NCBI GenBank assembly: GCA_964016885.1
Contig: OZ024742.1
Span: forward strand, 349,866,001-349,930,000
Origin: Eledone cirrhosa
Lineage: Eukaryota
Direction of reading: 5' to 3'
DNA length: 64,000 nucleotides
The position numbers and the translations under genes are program-made. Below are positions 58,301 to 64,000 of the stretch, in pieces (position 1 is the first letter of the stretch; every line of letters starts with the position of its first letter). The notes under the pieces are model-generated. The model searched no databases and was not told where the DNA came from. It saw only the letters and a list, made by a program, of their open reading frames with translations.

Positions 58301-61300
58301 GGTGGTGGATTGGTAGAGTAGGTAGAGGGTCGGACACGATGTTAGGGTGGTGGATTGTTAGAGTAGGTAGAGGGTCGGACACGATGTTAGGGTGGTGGAT
58401 TGGTAGAGTCGGTAGAGGGTCGGACACTATGTTAGGGTGGTGGATTGGTAGGGTCGGTAGAGGGTCGGACACGATGTTAGGGTGGTGGATTGATAGAGTC
58501 GGTAGAGGGTCGGACACGATGTTAGGGTGGTGGATTGGTAGAGACGGTAGAGGGTCGGACACGATGTTAGGGTGGTGGATTGGTAGAGTCGGTAGAGGGT
58601 CGGACACGATGTTAGGGTGGTGGATTGGTAGAGTCGGTAGAGGGTCGGACACGATGTTAGGGTGGTGGATTGGTAGAGTCGGTAGAGGGTCGGACACGAT
58701 GTTAGGGTGGTGGATTGGTAGAGTCGGTAGAGGGTCGGACACGATGTTAGGGTGGTGGATTGGTAGGGTCGGTAGAGGTAGAGTGTCGGACACGATGTTA
58801 GGGTGGTGGATTGGTAGAGTCGGTAGAGTGTCGGACACGATGTTAGGGTGGTGGATTGATAGAGTCGGTAGAGGGTCGGACACGATGTTAGGTTGGTGGA
58901 TTGGCAGAGTAGGTAGAGGGTCGGACACGATGTTAGGGTGGTGGATTGGTAGAGTCGGTAGAGGGTCGGACACGATGTTAGGGTGGTGGATTGGTAGAGT
59001 CGGTAGAGGGTCGGACACGATGTTAGGGTGGTGGATTGGCAGAGTAGGTAGAGGGTCGGACACGATGTTAGGGTGGTGGATTGGTAGAGTCGGTAGAGGG
59101 TCGGACACGATGTTAGGGTGGTGGATTGGTAGAGTCGGTAGAGGGTCGGACGCGATGTTAGGGTGGTGGATTGGTAGGGTCGGTAGAGGTAGAGTGTCGG
59201 ACACGATGTTAGGGTGGTGGATTGGTAGAGTCGGTAGAGGGTCGGACACGATGTTAGGGTGGTGGATTGATAGAGTCGGTAGAGGGTCGGACACGATGTT
59301 AGGGTGGTGGATTGGTAGAGTCGGTAGAGGGTCGGACACGATGTTAGGGTGGTGGATTGGTAGAGTCGGTAGAGGTAGAGTGTCGGACACGATGTTGGGG
59401 TGGTGGATTGGTAGAGTCGGTAGAGGGTCGGACACGATGTTAGGGTGGTGGATTGGTAGGGTCGGTAGAGGTAGAGTGTCGGACACGATGTTAGGGTGGT
59501 GGATTGGTAGAGTCGGTAGAGGGTCGGACACGATGTTAGGGTGGTGGATTGGCAGAGTAGGTAGAGGGTCGGACACGATGTTAGGGTGGTGGATTGGTAG
59601 AGTCGGTAGAGGGTCGGACACGATGTTAGGGTGGTGGATTGGTACAGTCGGTAGAGGGTCGGACACGATGTTAGGGTGGTGGATTGGTAGGGTCGGTAGA
59701 GGTAGAGTGTCGGACACGATGTTAGGGTGGTGGATTGGTAGAGTCGGTAGAGGGTCGGACACGATGTTAGGGTGGTGGATTGATAGAGTCGGTAGAGGGT
59801 CGGACACGATGTTAGGGTGGTGGATTGGTAGAGTCGGTAGAGGGTCGGACACGATGTTAGGGTGGTGGATTGGTAGAGTCGGTAGAGGTAGAGTGTCGGA
59901 CACGATGTTAGGGTGGTGGATTGGTAGAGTCGGTAGAGGGTCGGACACGATGTTAGGGTGGTGGATTGGTAGGGTCGGTAGAGGTAGAGTGTCGGACACG
60001 ATGTTAGGGTGGTGGATTGGTAGAGTCGGTAGAGGGTCGGACACGATGTTAGGGTGGTGGATTGATAGAGTCGGTAGAGGGTCGGACACGATGTTAGGGT
60101 GGTGGATTGGTAGAGTCGGTAGAGGGTCGGACACGATGTTAGGGTGGTGGGTTGGTAGAGTCGGTAGAGGGTCGGACACGATGTTAGGGTGGTGGATTGG
60201 TAGAGTCGGTAGAGGGTCGGACACGATGTTAGGGTGGTGGATTGGTAGGGTCGGTAGAGGGTCGGACACGATGTTAGGGTGGTGGATTGGTAGAGTCGGT
60301 AGAGGGTCGGACACGATGTTAGGGTGGTGGATTGATAGAGTCGGTAGAGGGTCGGACACGATGTTAGGGTGGTGGATTGGTAGAGTCGGTAGAGGGTCGG
60401 ACACGATGTTAGGGTGGTGGATTGGTAGAGTGGCTAGAGGGTCGGGCACGATGTTAGGGTGGTGGATTGGTAGAGTGGCTAGAGGGTCGGACACGATGTT
60501 AGGGTGGTGGATTGGCGAAGTCGGTAGAGGGTCGGACACGATGTTAGGGTGGTGGATTGGCGAAGTCGGTAGAGGGTCGGACACGATGTTAGGGTGGTGG
60601 ATTGGTAGAGTCGGTAGAGGGTCGGACACGATGTTAGGGTGGTGGATAGGTAGGGGCGGTAGAGGGTCGGACACGATGTTAGGGTGGTGGATTGGTAGAG
60701 TCGGTAGAGGGTCGGACACGATGTTAGGGTGGTGGATTGATAGAGTCGGTAGAGGGTCGGACACGATGTTAGGGTGGTGGATTGGTAGAGTCGGTAGAGG
60801 GTCGGACACGATGTTAGGGTGGTGGATTGGTAGAGTCGGTAGAGTGTCGGACACGATGTTAGGGTGGTGGATTGGTAGAGTGGCTAGAGGGTCGGGCACG
60901 ATGTTAGGGTGGTGGATTGGTAGAGTGGCTAGAGGGTCGGACACGATGTTAGGGTGGTGGATTGGTAGAGTGGCTAGAGGGTCGGGCACGATGTTCGGGT
61001 GGTGGATTGGTAGAGTGGCTAGAGGGTCGGACACGATGTTAGGGTGGTGGATTGGTAGAGTGGCTAGAGGGTCGGGCACGATGTTAGGGTGGTGGATTGG
61101 TAGAGTGGCTAGAGGGTCGGACACGATGTTAGGGTGGTGGATTGGCGAAGTCGGTAGAGGGTCGGTAACGATGTTAGGGTGGTGGATTGGTAGAGTCGGT
61201 AGAGGGTCGGACTCGATCTTAGGGTGGTGGATTGGCCAAGTCGGTAGAGGGTCGGACACGATATTAGGGTGGTGGATTGGTAGAGTCGGTAAATGGTCGG

Positions 61301-64000
61301 GAATGATGTTAGGGTGGTGGAGTGGCAGAGGCGGTAGAGGGTCGGACACGATGTTTGGGTGGTGGATTGGTAGAGTCGGTAGAGGGTCGGATACGATGTT
61401 AGGGTGGTGGATTGGGCAAGTCGGTAGAGGGTCGGACTCGATGTTAGGTTGGTGGATTGGTAGAGTTGGTAAAGGGTCGGGCATGATGTTAGGGTGGTGG
61501 ATTGGTAGAGTTGGTAAAGGGTCGGGCATGATGTTAGGGTGGTGGAGTGGCAGAGGCGGTAGAGGGTCGGACACTATGTTTGGGTGGTGGATTGGTAGAG
61601 TCGGTAGAGGGTCGGACACGATGTTTGGGTGGTGGATTGGTAGAGTCGGTAGAGGGTCGGACACGATGTTAGGGTGGTGGATTGGTAGAGTAGGTAGAGG
61701 GTCGGACACGATGTTAGGGTGGTGGATTGGTAGAGTAGGTAGAGGGTCGGACACGATGTTAGGGTGGTGGATTGTTAGAGTAGGTAGAGGGTCGGACACG
61801 ATGTTAGGGTGGTGGATTGGTAGAGTCGGTAGAGGGTCGGACACTATGTTAGGGTGGTGGATCGGCGGAGTTGGTGGAGTGTCGGACACTATGTTAGGGT
61901 GGTGGATTGGTAGAGTGGGGAGAGGGTCTGACACGATGTTAGGGTGGTGGATTGGTAGAGTCGGTAGAGGGTCGGACACGATGTTAGGGTGGTGGATTGT
62001 TAGAGTAGGTAGAGGGTCGGACACGATGTTAGGGTGGTGGATTGGTAGAGTCGGTAGAGGGTCGGACACTATGTTAGGGTGGTGGATCGGCAGAGTTGGT
62101 GGAGTCTCAGACACTATGTTAGGGTGGTGGATTGGTAGAGTGGGGAGAGGGTCTGACACGATGTTAGGGTGGTGGATTGGTAGAGTCGGTAGAGGGTCGG
62201 ACACCATGTTAGGGTGGTGGATCGGCCAAGTCGGTAGAGAGTCGGACATGATATTAGGGTGGTGTATTGTCAGAGTTGGTAGAGGGTCGGACACGATGTT
62301 AGGGTGGTGGAGTGGCAGAGTCGGTAGAGGGTCGGACACGATGTTAGGGTGGTGAATTGGCCAAGTCGGTAGAGGGTCGCACACGATGTTAGGGTGGTGG
62401 ATTAGCAGAGTCGGTAGAGGGTCGGACACGATGTTAGGGTGGTGGATTGGTAGAGTCGGAAGAGGGTCGGACACTATGTTAGGGTGGTGGATTGGTAGAG
62501 TCGGTAGAGGGTCGGACACGATGTTAGGATGGTGGATTGGTAGAGTCGGTAGAGGGTCGGACTCGATGTTAGGGTGGTGGATTGGCAGAGTCGGTAGAGG
62601 GTCGGACACTATGTTAGGGTGGTGGATTGGTAGAGTCGGCAGAGGGTCGGACTAAATGTTAGGGTGGTGGATTGGCAGAGTCAGTAGAGGGTCGCACACG
62701 ATGTTAGGGTGGTGGATTAGCAGAGTCGGTAGAGGGTCGGACACGATGTTAGGGTGGTGGATTGGTAGAGTCGGTAGAGGGTCGGACACGATGTTAGGGT
62801 GGTGGATTGGCCAAGTCGGTAGAGGGTCACACACGATGTTAGGGTGGTGGATTAGCAGAGTCGGTAGAGGGTCGGACACGATGTTAGGGTGGTGGATTGG
62901 TAGAGTCGGTAGAGGGTCGGACACTCTGTTAGGGTGGTGGATTGGTAGAGTCGGAAGAGGGGCGGACACGATGTTAGGGTGGTGGATTTAAGAGTCGGTA
63001 GAGGGTCGCACACGATCTTAGGGTGGTGGATTGGCCAAGTAGGTGTAGGGTCGGACACGATGTTAGGATGGTGGACTGGCTAAGTTGGTAGAGAGTCGGA
63101 CACGATGTTAGGGTGGTGGATTGTTAGAGTCGGTAGAGGGTCGGACACGTTGTTAGGGTGGTGGATTGGTAGAGGCGGTAGAGGGTCGGACACAATGTTA
63201 GGGTGGTGGATTTAAGAGTCGGTAGAGGGTCGGACACGATGTTAGGGTGGTGGATTGGTAGAGTCGGTAGAGGGTCGGACACGATGTTAGGGTGGTGGAT
63301 TGGCAGAGTCGGTAGAGGGTCGCACACGATCTTAGGGTGGTGGATTGGAAGGGTCGGTAGAGGGTCGGACACAATGTTAGGGCGGTGGATTGGTAGAGTA
63401 GGTAGAGGGTCGGACACGATGTTAGGGTGGTGGATGGGCTAAGTTGGTAGAGGGTCGGACACGATGTTAGGGTGGTGGATTGTTAGAGTAGGTAGAGGGT
63501 CGGACACGATGTTAGGGTGGTGGATTGGTAGAGTCTGTAGAGGGTCGGACACGATGTTAGGGTGGTTGTTTGGCAGAGTTGGTGGAGTGTCGGACACTAT
63601 GTTAGGGTGGTGGATTGGTAGAGTGGGTAGAGGGTCGGACACGATGTTAGGGTGGTGGATTGGTAGAGTAGGTAGAGGGTCGGACACGATGTTAGGGTGG
63701 TGGATTGGTAGAGTCGGTAGAGGGTCGGCCACGATGTTAGGGTGGTGGATTGGCCAAGTTGGTAGAGGGTCGGACACGATGTTAGGGTGGTGGATTGTTA
63801 GAGTAGGTAGAGGGTCGGACACGATGTTAGGGTGGTGGATTGGTAGAGTCGGTAGAGGGTCGGACACGATGTTAGGGTGGTGGATTGCTAGAGTCGGTAG
63901 TGGGTCGGACACGATGTTAGGGTGGTGGATTGGCAGAGTTGGTGGAGTGTCGGACACTATGTTAGGGTGGTGGATTGGTAGAGTGGGTAGAGGGTCGGAC
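55304..64000. repeat. 45-bp G-rich satellite (>190 units, runs off the window) with 51-bp variants and higher-order structure
   Basis: Unit GGTAGAGGGTCGGACACGATGTTAGGGTGGTGGATTGGTAGAGTC. Confidence 0.98.

Noticed and set aside
55161-62609. 2482-aa and 2386-aa antiparallel ORFs
   Set aside because: They follow from a stop-free 45-bp (15-codon) unit. Both strands are open, the ends lie in microsatellite, stops and frameshifts appear in adjacent units, and the unit matches a SINE head.
55304-64000. Telomere array
   Set aside because: Only one TTAGGG per 45 bp, not tandem (TTAGGG)n.

Overview
AT-rich, repeat-saturated animal genomic DNA, most likely an octopod cephalopod (inferred from the tRNA-head/Nin-core SINE, the RTE content and the extreme (TA)n density). 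I find no convincing host protein-coding gene. Positions 1-52.5 kb are a nest of Penelope-like retroelements (PLEs: five Naiad-type copies or fragments and two Neptune-type, each RT + GIY-YIG), nearly all inserted in (TA)n. The window also holds one near full-length RTE LINE, RTE-derived non-autonomous elements, a restriction-like-endonuclease LINE fragment, about 13 SINE copies and several minisatellites. It ends in a >8.7 kb 45-bp satellite that appears to derive from the SINE head. The most striking signal is about 20 type I hammerhead ribozyme (HHR) motifs or half-motifs from many unrelated sequence families. Many sit in tiny ORF-less fold-back cassettes with a recurrent asymmetric layout: (TA)n-[tail of about 55-170 nt][arm<-][->arm]-(TA)n. 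Many of these HHRs have long, structured stem II inserts, and the fold-back junctions cluster at the ribozyme. All alignments and folds were done by eye, and none of the ribozymes has been tested for activity.
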